From Candidatus Pacearchaeota archaeon (GTDB lineage Archaea; Nanobdellota; Nanobdellia; Pacearchaeales; UBA284): DNA of 64,000 nucleotides. Where the stretch lies: NCBI GenBank assembly GCA_026395795.1, contig JAPLYB010000040.1:5464-69463 (forward strand), read 5' to 3'. Under the pieces are notes generated by a model. That model worked only from the letters and a program-made list of their open reading frames with translations. It ran no database searches and had not been told where the DNA came from. Shown here in pieces: positions 9,848 to 19,500 of the stretch. The first letter of the stretch is position 1. Every line of letters starts with the position of its first letter. The translations under genes and the position numbers were made by a program.

Positions 9848-11005
9848 CTATTTTAAACTCCAAATCATATTTCCATTCATCTCCCTTCCTTTTTTAATCT
9901 TCCCTTTTGCATTTAACTTGTTCAACCAGTAATTAACTGTAGACTCTTTTCTTTTAAGTTTTTCTTTTATTTCTTGTTTACTAGAATGACCTTCGCTTAT
10001 TAAAGAAAGAATTCTTTTTTCTGTTTCTCCATGCGCGTAGCTTTTTCTCCCGGGATTATTGACTATTTTTTTTAATTTATCCTTCTTTTTAGGATGATAA
10101 AAATTAATTTTCTCGCAGAACTTTTTTAGGTTTTCATAATGTCTGATATAAAAAGTGTATATATCAAATCCTCTTATGGTCTTATGAGTTACATCTTTTG
10201 TATCAATATCAAACTCCTTAAGCAAGATTCTCAACTCCTCTAAAAAAAATTTATTGTTAGTAGCAATTTCTATGTACCTACTTGGTGGACAAAATCTGAC
10301 ATAAGCCTCATCATCAAAAAAAGAACTTAAAAACTCCTTCTTAATGCCTTTTTCTGAATTTTTTATAAATGTTGGAACTTCTGATTTGTTTGATCTAAAA
10401 TCTTTTACGATTTGTAAGAGTATTACTGCAATAGGAGTAGGAATTGGAATATATTCAGTTTGTTTATTTATTTTCTCAACAAAATTATTAAATCTAAAAA
10501 CAGAGTTTATATCCATTTTGAATTGATCTCGGAGCTCTTTATTTTGATTATAATAGGCTGCCGTAATATATCCGTGCTTATCTATGCTCACACAACCATC
10601 ACCAAAAAAATGAGCCAATATTCTTGCTAATTCTTTGCTTAATTCAATCGGAAATTTCGGATTGATTGGTTGGCTTAAATTCCCCCCCGCACATCTTCTT
10701 GGAGGATAGTAACCTGAGCGGAGGCATATTAAATTATCTTGAATTTCTTCTTTTTTTAAATCAACTAGTTCGAATAGTTTAACCAAAACCGAAAGGGGAT
10801 ATTCTTTTTTATTTATCCAAGAATAATAAAGAAGCGAGTTTATTCCTATTTTTTTATAGACCGTCGATAGAGAACCAATCTTCTTTTTTAGTCTTAACAA
10901 AATTTTATTTGATAAATCTTCATTTATTTTAACATAAAATCTTTCTAAAGGGAGATCTAAAAGATTGATTTTAACTTCCTTGTTAGCTACTTGTGTTATT
11001 GCCAT
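9848..11005 (-). CDS. Free-standing LAGLIDADG endonuclease-like protein with C-terminal HTH
   Basis: ILAHFFGDG and FLSSFFDDE motifs; no intein splice residues; start moved to ATG at 11005, which follows a TATA-like TTATAAA. Confidence 0.75.
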   Translation of the reverse strand: MAITQVANKEVKINLLDLPLERFYVKINEDLSNKILLRLKKKIGSLSTVYKKIGINSLLYYSWINKKEYPLSVLVKLFELVDLKKEEIQDNLICLRSGYYPPRRCAGGNLSQPINPKFPIELSKELARILAHFFGDGCVSIDKHGYITAAYYNQNKELRDQFKMDINSVFRFNNFVEKINKQTEYIPIPTPIAVILLQIVKDFRSNKSEVPTFIKNSEKGIKKEFLSSFFDDEAYVRFCPPSRYIEIATNNKFFLEELRILLKEFDIDTKDVTHKTIRGFDIYTFYIRHYENLKKFCEKINFYHPKKKDKLKKIVNNPGRKSYAHGETEKRILSLISEGHSSKQEIKEKLKRKESTVNYWLNKLNAKGKIKKGREMNGNMIWSLK

Positions 11006-11182
11006 AATGATTAATGAAGTATATCGGTGTTTATAAGCTTTTTTTCTTAGAAATAAGAGATTATAAAAATGTTTTGGGAAGAAAAACAAGATTTTCAGAA
11101 ACGTTTATAAACCTACTTTGAATGAATTCCCAACTAATTTAATTCAATATGAATACATCTTTAATAAAAAATAAAATCTAAA

Positions 11183-11554
11183 ATGAGAAAACAAAGTTTA
11201 CTTGTAACGGTCCTGCTCTCAACTGCGTTGTTGGTTACAGGGTGCAAATCTCACATTCCTCGTGATGTTGACAATGATGGTAAACCAGATTCAGCATGGG
11301 TTAATACAGAAGGTAAACAATCAGCTCTAATCATAAAACTAAGCAGTGATTCACAATACTTAAGAGCAATTCATTTGGGGGAATATCCTACAAACCTTGA
11401 AGTGTCTGGTTATATGGACTGTAAAGAAGGGGAACATGAAATAATAGTAACACCAATAGATCACCCAATTCAAGGGCAATATCTCAGATTTTTCAATCCA
11501 AAAGTAAGGATTCGTGTAAACGCTCAAGGCGTGCCTTATAATTTAAGTTATTAA
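11183..11554 (+). CDS. Putative lipoprotein
   Basis: Signal peptide ending LVTGC; DVDNDGKPD Ca-binding-like loop. Confidence 0.6.
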   Translation: MRKQSLLVTVLLSTALLVTGCKSHIPRDVDNDGKPDSAWVNTEGKQSALIIKLSSDSQYLRAIHLGEYPTNLEVSGYMDCKEGEHEIIVTPIDHPIQGQYLRFFNPKVRIRVNAQGVPYNLSY

Positions 11555-11578
11555 TCATATTAGTCTAGCATAAAATCG

Positions 11579-13021
11579 CTAAGCATGTGCAAACCAGAAT
11601 TTGACTTTTTCATCTTTGTTGTATCTGCAATAACCCAATCCAACAAAGTAGATGATTTTTCCATCTTTCAACTTTTTTATATCAATATCAGAATTTCCTT
11701 TGACTGTTGTTGCATCTGGCATTAAAACGGCGAGTTTCCCCCTATCTGATTTTTCAAATGATGCTTTAACTGAGTTTTCTCTTATTAATTTTCGATTTTC
11801 CGAATATAAAATATCAATCGGGACAGTAATTTCATTCTGGTTTATTCCAAGACTTATGATAAATTTTCTGATTGTTTCAGGCAGAATCCCTCGCTTTTCT
11901 AAACTTTGTAGACTCCATAACCTTGGATCATTCCAGCCAAAGTAATTTCCAGATGCGATCTCTTTCTGTCCTTTGCTTTTTGAAAGTTTTACACCTTCAA
12001 ATTGTAATAGTCCAGTGTGAATAAAAACAGGGTGTTTCCAGCCAAAGATGTCCATGATATGTTTTTCCATATCTGTTTCAATCATTAATTCTTTTCCTCT
12101 TAAAACATGAGTCATTTCAAGAACATGATCATCAATTGCCCAAGAAAACTCAAGCAATGGCCAAACTTTATATTTCTTCTTGACTTTTGGATGTTCTCTT
12201 TCTGAAATTCTGAACAATACGCGGTCTCTAAAAGCTGGATTTGGAGAGGACATTGAAGTTTTGATTCTTAATGTAGCTTTTCCCTCTTTCATTTCAAACA
12301 TTTTCTTCCATTCTTTCATTGCTTGCGCAGGAGTTTGTTTCCTATGTTCACATTCTTTCTCATTTTTCCTATTCTCTCTTAATTCATCAGCAGAACAATA
12401 GCAGACATATGCTTGTCCTTTCTTAATAATTTCTTCAGCATATTTGTAATATAATTCAAGCCTGTCTGATTTATGAATTACAGGTTTGTTATACTTGACT
12501 CCTAACCATTTAGCTCCTTCTTCAATCATGCCATATGCTTCAAGAATGATTTGTTTTTCTTCACTTCCTATTGTATCATCTATGATTAACAAAAGTTTTC
12601 CATCATATCTCTTAACATACTCATCATTCAACAACAACTGTCTCGCGTTTCCAATATGCAAGGGTCCAGAGGGATATGGTGCAATTCTCATAACAACTTT
12701 TCCTTTCTTAGCTTCTTTTTTGTCCCCTTTCTCAGTATCAGGAAGTTCTGGAAGCTCGCCCTCTTCTCTGACATCTCTATGAGAAACCTCATCAGATTCT
12801 TTAGCAAATTGTTTTTGCTGCTCTTCAATTTTCATGGAATTAACTTTTTTCAGAGTTTCCTGAATAAAAGGCATTATCTCTTTAACCTGGGCTTTTTCTA
12901 AACCCTCATGAAACAAAGGGCTTAAAACCGCTCCAATTTGGGCCTTGCCCTCGTGCTCAATTGCATTTTTCAAAGCATATGCAAGTATTTTTTCACCATA
13001 TTTCTTTTTCAAGTCAACCAT
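11579..13021 (-). CDS. gltX: Glutamyl-tRNA synthetase, archaeal type, short C-terminus
   Basis: ALKNAIEHEGKA N-terminal domain, RIAPYPSGPLHIGN, THVLRGKE, KLSKS. Confidence 0.95.
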   Translation of the reverse strand: MVDLKKKYGEKILAYALKNAIEHEGKAQIGAVLSPLFHEGLEKAQVKEIMPFIQETLKKVNSMKIEEQQKQFAKESDEVSHRDVREEGELPELPDTEKGDKKEAKKGKVVMRIAPYPSGPLHIGNARQLLLNDEYVKRYDGKLLLIIDDTIGSEEKQIILEAYGMIEEGAKWLGVKYNKPVIHKSDRLELYYKYAEEIIKKGQAYVCYCSADELRENRKNEKECEHRKQTPAQAMKEWKKMFEMKEGKATLRIKTSMSSPNPAFRDRVLFRISEREHPKVKKKYKVWPLLEFSWAIDDHVLEMTHVLRGKELMIETDMEKHIMDIFGWKHPVFIHTGLLQFEGVKLSKSKGQKEIASGNYFGWNDPRLWSLQSLEKRGILPETIRKFIISLGINQNEITVPIDILYSENRKLIRENSVKASFEKSDRGKLAVLMPDATTVKGNSDIDIKKLKDGKIIYFVGLGYCRYNKDEKVKFWFAHA

Positions 13022-13071
13022 ATACGATGAATTACAGTAATATATTTAAAGGTGTTGTTTTTCGTTGGTTC

Positions 13072-13401
13072 ATGGGCAACAAAAACACACAAACCATTGT
13101 ATCTCCAACAATAGATGATGCCATAAAGGCAGTAAAGGATTATAATCAATTAAGCGGAAGAACAAAAGTAAACATCGGATTAATTGCCGCAGCAATATCC
13201 ATGGGTTACGTCCGTGTTCAGGATGGAGACAGAGCAGCTGCTGCAGAATCTGCAACTGAAGTAGAGGGGTTATTAAAACAAATGGGAAATTTTGGAAAAG
13301 GACCGTTTGGAAAGAAAGTTAGAGTATACCTTAGAGACTTACGTGCCGGAAAACGAGATTACGAGATTGAATCCGGGGATTATTTTGAAGAATTTGTTTA
13401 A
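13072..13401 (+). CDS. Hypothetical protein
   Basis: Likely ATG at 13072 after a TATTTAAA box; avoids overlap with gltX. Confidence 0.55.
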   Translation: MGNKNTQTIVSPTIDDAIKAVKDYNQLSGRTKVNIGLIAAAISMGYVRVQDGDRAAAAESATEVEGLLKQMGNFGKGPFGKKVRVYLRDLRAGKRDYEIESGDYFEEFV

Positions 13402-13430
13402 GACTAGACTTTATTAAACATAATAAAAAA

Positions 13431-13958
13431 ATGTCAAAAGAATTTGAAGCACATGTTCTTGATGTGAATGTTGAAGAGATAAAAAAGAAACTCAGAGACT
13501 TGGGAGCAGAAGAAGAGCCAGAAGTCCTGATAAAACGTTGGGTTTTTAACATTAGTGATGAAAAGAACGAATGGATTAGATTAAGAGATGATGGAAAGAA
13601 GATAACGATAGCATACAAATGTAAAACAGGTCAAGGAATTTCAGAAACAGAAGAAATAGAAATTAAAGTAGAAGATTTTGATAAAACCGCAGAGATTCTC
13701 TCAAAATTAAATTTCAAAGACAGTTATTATCAAGAAAACAAGAGGCATTTCTTCAAATTAAAAGATATTGAATTTTGTATTGATACTTGGCCAAAAATTC
13801 CTTCTCATCTTGAAATTGAATCTTCAAGTGAAGAAAAAGTTATTGAGGGTCTCGGGCTTTTGGGATTAGAAGGAAAAGATGTTGGAAATTTAAGCATAAA
13901 AGACATCTATAAAAAATACAACATTGATTTGCACTCATTTAAAGAACTTAAATTCTAA
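13431..13958 (+). CDS. CYTH-domain protein (class IV adenylate cyclase / triphosphate tunnel family)
   Basis: EFE start, WIRLR, EEIE, IDTWP..P..LEIE. Confidence 0.88.
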   Translation: MSKEFEAHVLDVNVEEIKKKLRDLGAEEEPEVLIKRWVFNISDEKNEWIRLRDDGKKITIAYKCKTGQGISETEEIEIKVEDFDKTAEILSKLNFKDSYYQENKRHFFKLKDIEFCIDTWPKIPSHLEIESSSEEKVIEGLGLLGLEGKDVGNLSIKDIYKKYNIDLHSFKELKF

Positions 13959-13964
13959 AATTAT

Positions 13965-14492
13965 TTAAGATATTTCTCTGAGGGGTTCTGTTTCATAACA
14001 AATCCTATCATGACAAGAAGTCTTATTAGTCCTTAACACCAGAGTGCCATCATCAATTAATCCTTGATATTCCTTTATTGTAAAAGGAGGATAATCTGCA
14101 TAAGAAGTGTCTCCTGCGTTTCTTGGAATAAATTTTAATCTTTCGTCACATTGGCTCCCGTCTATCCTCACCTCATCTCCACTAACTGTTGCATTTATCC
14201 ACCTTGTGCCTTTGCTTCCATTGATATCATATCTTTCAGCAACGCATTCGTAAAAGCTATGAACTCCAAGAGTGTCATCGCTTGTGTAATCAGCATAACC
14301 ATAACCTAATATTCCGTCTTCAAAGAGAATTCTTGCATTAACTTCCCTTGATGCTCCAGAACTAATCATATCAGAATAAAGTGTTATCACAATGTCATTT
14401 GGCAAATGGCTTTTATTAGTTTCACATCCAAAAATAAAAAAGGAACAAACCAAGGTTAGTCCAATAATCAATAATAAAAAATAATTTTTCAT
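13965..14492 (-). CDS. Hypothetical secreted protein or lipoprotein
   Basis: Hydrophobic N-terminus ending FIFGC; paired Cys. Confidence 0.55.
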   Translation of the reverse strand: MKNYFLLLIIGLTLVCSFFIFGCETNKSHLPNDIVITLYSDMISSGASREVNARILFEDGILGYGYADYTSDDTLGVHSFYECVAERYDINGSKGTRWINATVSGDEVRIDGSQCDERLKFIPRNAGDTSYADYPPFTIKEYQGLIDDGTLVLRTNKTSCHDRICYETEPLREIS

Positions 14493-14525
14493 TGTATATA
14501 AACTGTTTATCAAGATTTTACTTTC

Positions 14526-14903
14526 TTACTTCCTTAGATACAATTCAATCTTTGTTGGATCTTTCTTAATCTCACGAACAACTGTTGCAGGTCCGATAAT
14601 TGTTAAAGAATCCCTATTCCCTACAAGGGCATTAGCCATTTTTTCTCTAAGACCCTGAAAAATAGTCAGGTTCTTTGTCTGAGGCACAAAACTGGTGAGC
14701 TCTATGCCTTTAAATTTGGAAGACCTTCCAATCTTTCTCATTGTCTCTTCAATCAAATCAGCTTCTTCTTGTGGCTCAAGTTTTCCTTGAATAAGAATGA
14801 TTTTATTCTCCTCAGCCATTTCAATTAACTTCTTAACTCTTTTATAACTGCTTAAATACGCGAGTTCTCCAAATGGAATAAACTGAATTGTTACGTCTTT
14901 CAT
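14526..14903 (-). CDS. oapB: DUF2073 / OapB-family protein
   Basis: L.P.EEA.LIE.TM, F.GIE, LTIIGPA; directly follows the Era-like GTPase. Confidence 0.8.
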   Translation of the reverse strand: MKDVTIQFIPFGELAYLSSYKRVKKLIEMAEENKIILIQGKLEPQEEADLIEETMRKIGRSSKFKGIELTSFVPQTKNLTIFQGLREKMANALVGNRDSLTIIGPATVVREIKKDPTKIELYLRK

Positions 14904-14921
14904 TTTATTTTACCTCTTATT

Positions 14922-15560
14922 TTAAACTTTTTTAATTAAATTAAATAACGAGTCATAAAACTCGTCTATGTTCTTTCCTTGTTTTGCTGATATTCCAACT
15001 ACCCCATACTCTGGGAATGCTGCTTCTATTTTTTTTGTATCAGCTCCTCTTAAATCAATTTTATTAGCTGCAATAAGCACTGGAATCTTTCTAGCCACTA
15101 GGTTTCCGATTATTGTAACATTAACTTGAGTGTAAGGATTTTTAGTTGAATCAAGCACAATAACAACAGCATCAACATCATCTAACCATTTAATTGCATC
15201 TATAACCCCTTTTGTGGCTTCCTTAGCTCTTTGTTTAGCTTCCTTTGAATTTAAACCGTATGCTAAGAAGTCTTCATAATCAATTCTAGTTGCAATTCCA
15301 GGAGTGTCAATTAACTTGAATGTGGCTTGTTTTCCATTATGTTTGATATTGACTTTTTCTTTAAATTGAACATTCCTTGTTTCATGAGGAACCTTAGAAG
15401 CTGAACCGAGTTCCTCTCCAATCCAATCTAAACATATCTTGTTTGCAAGTGTTGTTTTTCCAGAGTTTGGGGGTCCATAAAAACCAATCTTTACATTTTT
15501 CTTGGTTTTAAAAACATCTTCGAAAAATCTTTTGAAAAAACTCACAAAATTATTAGCCAT
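14922..15560 (-). CDS. oapA: Era-like archaeal GTP-binding protein (OapA family)
   Basis: GFYGPPNSGKTTLAN, PHETR, DTPG, NKID, SAK. Confidence 0.88.
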   Translation of the reverse strand: MANNFVSFFKRFFEDVFKTKKNVKIGFYGPPNSGKTTLANKICLDWIGEELGSASKVPHETRNVQFKEKVNIKHNGKQATFKLIDTPGIATRIDYEDFLAYGLNSKEAKQRAKEATKGVIDAIKWLDDVDAVVIVLDSTKNPYTQVNVTIIGNLVARKIPVLIAANKIDLRGADTKKIEAAFPEYGVVGISAKQGKNIDEFYDSLFNLIKKV

Positions 15561-15700
15561 TTTTTCTTAACACATACCCATTTTAATTTTTATTAAAAGT
15601 GTAGCAATATTTAAACCTTGCTATTTCATAAAGAAGATTTAAAGAATATTTGCCCTCGACAACATCACAAAAAATATTACAATTCAGTAGCAAAATTAAC

Positions 15701-16513
15701 TCACTGTTTTCTTTCTTTAGCAAACAACAAAAATGTGATAGTCATTGCAATAGTTATCAAGATTGCGCTTATAATCCATCCAACATAAGGAATAAACAAA
15801 ACCAGCACACTCATGATTAAAAAAAGAAGCATCAAGAATAACATTGAGAAGAAATTATGCCCGACAATAGAAAAGCTTCGTTTCATTGCTTTCCATACAT
15901 TAGAGTCTTCTAAAATCATAGAATATGATGTTAAAGAGAAGAAAAGATAAAAGATAAAGAGGATTATCACCTCAAAAATAGAATAGATAGATAATGCGGT
16001 CTTAAGGATTGGATCAATAGCAACTGAAGGCAAAGATAGGATAACAGCCAAAATAAAGAAGATTATATTAAACAAGATATTAAACAAAAAGATCCTTCCC
16101 AAGAATTTCATTCCATATTTATTCATCTCGCTTAATCCTGTTTTTTTATTCTTTTCATAAAATTCCTTCATCATCCCAATTATTCCTCCATTGAAGTAGG
16201 ATGTTACAATCAAGAATACTAAGAGGAATAACACAGCCATTACAATCAAAAGGACAATGGTTCCAGGAGTTTCTAGATTAGCTAACATATCATTCACAAT
16301 TTGAGTAGAAGTTGCAGTATCAATTGTTTCTGAAAACAATTGAGTGAATGGTACTCCAAGAATCTTTAAAAAAACAAATATTCCCAAAAGAACAAGTATC
16401 AAAGATAAAATCAAAGAAAATAGGGCTGGAAGTATAACTCTTGGATTTGCAAATACTCCTTTAAAACCTTCACCAATCAATTCGAAAATATTTCTTTTTT
16501 TTGTTTGTACCAT
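15701..16513 (-). CDS. Multi-pass membrane protein of unknown function
   Basis: About 6 hydrophobic segments; AMKRSFSIV pattern typical of GDPD-membrane-like domains. Confidence 0.7.
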   Translation of the reverse strand: MVQTKKRNIFELIGEGFKGVFANPRVILPALFSLILSLILVLLGIFVFLKILGVPFTQLFSETIDTATSTQIVNDMLANLETPGTIVLLIVMAVLFLLVFLIVTSYFNGGIIGMMKEFYEKNKKTGLSEMNKYGMKFLGRIFLFNILFNIIFFILAVILSLPSVAIDPILKTALSIYSIFEVIILFIFYLFFSLTSYSMILEDSNVWKAMKRSFSIVGHNFFSMLFLMLLFLIMSVLVLFIPYVGWIISAILITIAMTITFLLFAKERKQ

Positions 16514-16559
16514 CTTTTTTATTGATATATTATAATAAAGACCTATTTAAAATGTACAC

Positions 16560-19500
16560 CTAATCTAAGCCTTTTGGAATGATCACAGTGCAGTCTGTTT
16601 CTTTTCCAACACCATTTCCGCAGGTATCATAACACTTAACATACCATGGCTTATCATCCCAACTAGTTCTATGTTCAAAACTTCCAGTTGTTTCAAATTT
16701 TTCTGACTCAAGTGTTTTGTTTGCAGCAAAAATACAAGTGTTTATCTTTTTTCCAAACGAATAATGATATGAACAGATTGCTTCTTCATTTGTTTTCAGA
16801 ACAAGGTCGTTCCCTTCTTTGTAAAGTCTGATTATCTCAGGGGTATCATGATCTTCATAAACATCTAAGTTAATCTGTGCTAAAGCATTATTAAAAGCAG
16901 TATCGACACATTTGATGTAGATTGTTACAGTGCCTCGAACTGGGATATCTTCTATAACCGCATTTGTTGAATGAGTGTTTGCATATGTGATTGAAAACTT
17001 CTTCATTCCTTCATTAAACCCTTTAGTTGACCAATAACATGTCGCATTTCCACTATCAGAGCCATCTGAAGTAGAAACCATTAAAGGAACTGTTGCAGAT
17101 ACATTGCATCCAGATATCTGTGTGCCATTTTCTGGATTAATGCTGGATATTTTTAATTCTGGTGATGCAAAAAGTTTTAATAAATAACTTTGCTGCATTT
17201 CATTTCCAGCTGTATCATTGCATCTGATATAAATCGGATTGACAATTCCACTTGGTTCAGAGATCAGCTCTGTTAGATTTGTTTGACATTTCCATCCGCC
17301 CAATGTCAAGTTTGATTGACATTGAGTAACATTATTCATTATTCCATATTCCTGATCTTCTTTAGCCCATCTGCAGCTTGAGTTCTCATTAACATATATC
17401 GTCAATGGGACTTGAGTCACATTAAATGCAAATTTATTATAATACTCTCTATCAGTAGCTGTGACAACTGGTGGAGTTAAATCAGGACCAGCAGTAACAT
17501 TAAAGATAAATGTGTAAGCTGCAATGTTTGTGTTTCCATAAGCATTTGCACATCTCACATAAACATATGGTATTGATTGATGAATTGGAAACTGTTGTCG
17601 AAGTTCTTTTCTCAAAACCGTGCTTTCATATGGAAAGTCCATATCACTGAAATTTGCAGTCAACTGAATATCCCATTTACAAACAGCATCTTCACTCAAA
17701 TTGATTTTTATCATCAATTGAGTATAATCTGGAATTCCTTTTCCAGTTCCATTTGACATATCAATAAGAATTGTTGTTGGTGTTGTTCCGAGACTTGAGT
17801 TAAGATATACTACTTCATTATTCTGCACATTTCTTGCTTCAACTATAGTTATCCAAGGTGCTTTTCCAGTATTTTGTTGAGCAACACACCTGCCATCTGC
17901 AACAGAATAACTTGTTCCGCTTACATTTACACTATCAACAAACATACATGCCTGCCCTAAACTTTCGCATCTGTATTTTGAACATGGCCTGTTCGCATCA
18001 TTATTGCATAATTCACAATCCTCATTTCCTGCAGGAGGAAGTGAAGGATTACATTGCACTTCGTAATATTTCTCATCATATGAAGCATAATAAATTAATG
18101 CAGTAATAGCAGTAACTAAAACAGTAATTCCCAGCACAACCCAAAAAACAGGCGCAGCACCCGCGGCAAACATTATGATTGTGTAGCCTCCCGAAGCAAT
18201 CATACTCATTCCAGAAGCAATCAATGACCCTTGTTCAAATCCAGGTCCCCTATTGCCAGTAAAAGCTAAGATAATCATGACTATTCCTGCAGCAACCATA
18301 AGAGAACCCATGACTATTCCAGCAAGTTGAGCTGCCTTTGACATTCCAACTGCAGTTGCCTTAGTTGCAATTGTCGCCGCTCCTTCACCAGCAACTTTTG
18401 CATTAATGCCTACAACAGCTTCGTTAACTACAGCATACGGACTGTTTACAGTAACGATACCAGCAGTTTGCATACCAACACTACCAACATTCCCTCCAGC
18501 AATTTCAAAGCCCCCTGTAGCGAGCTGTTTTATGACAAGGGGATTATTTGCAGCAGCCTCAAAAAGCTGATTATTAAACATAACAACTCCTTGCTTGACA
18601 GTTCCAGAAATTATCTGTGTTCCAGTAGCTAATGAACCACTAGCAATCGTTGAACCAACAGTTAATGCAGTTCCGGCCCCTATTACAGCACCCTGTTGAA
18701 ATGTAGTACCTGCCGTGCTTGCAACAGCCGCTGGTGAAAATAATATTTTTCCAACGTGTGATAACTTAGTCGCTCCTGCTAAGACAGCTGTAAGAGCAAG
18801 ATATCCCGCAAAAGACGCACCCATTGTTGTAGCAAACCACCCAACATATCGTCCAAATTTTCCCCAGCCAGTGGCTTCTTTTATAGATGGTTCATTCCAA
18901 CTAGATTCTACATACCCTAAATACTTTCCATACGCTTCTGGCAATCCTAAATCTTTTTTCCCTCTTGTTTGATTTGTTGAATTTTCATCAGGTTTTTTAT
19001 CAAATTCTATAACACTAAATCCAGAAGTATTCTTTTTATTATAATTAAACCATGTTCCACAATCCCCTAAAGATTTACATCTATGAGCCATATAAGTATA
19101 AAATTCATCACTTAAGCATTCTGAATTAAATGTATCTGCTCCCCAAAAAGATTGTTTATATTGACAAATATAACTCCCCAGATTCCCGCAAATCTCTTCT
19201 TTATTGTCAAAACCATTTGTTCCTTCATCTAGTCCAGGAGGATACCTCGGCAAACAAATCGGCTTGATTGGCATCCCTTCTTTTGTTGTTCCGAATACGA
19301 CCCAGTTATTTATTTCAGAGAGACTGGTTGTAACATTCAAGAAAAGGTTTCCTTTACTGTCTTTATAATCTCTGACTTCATCCCACCAATAACAAAAAGT
19401 ATTAGAGTTGCAATCCTCTTTAGTAGATATGTTGCTGCATGATGCCCAAGAATTATCAACACAAACAGAATAACCTAATTGTCCAGATCCATCAGAATTA

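Noticed and set aside
9848-11089. Intein or intron in topA
   Set aside because: Separate ORF with its own stop; no Cys/Ser start or His-Asn end; topA is intact
14526-15700. Replication origin next to the oap genes
   Set aside because: No cdc6/orc gene, ORB repeats or long intergenic region
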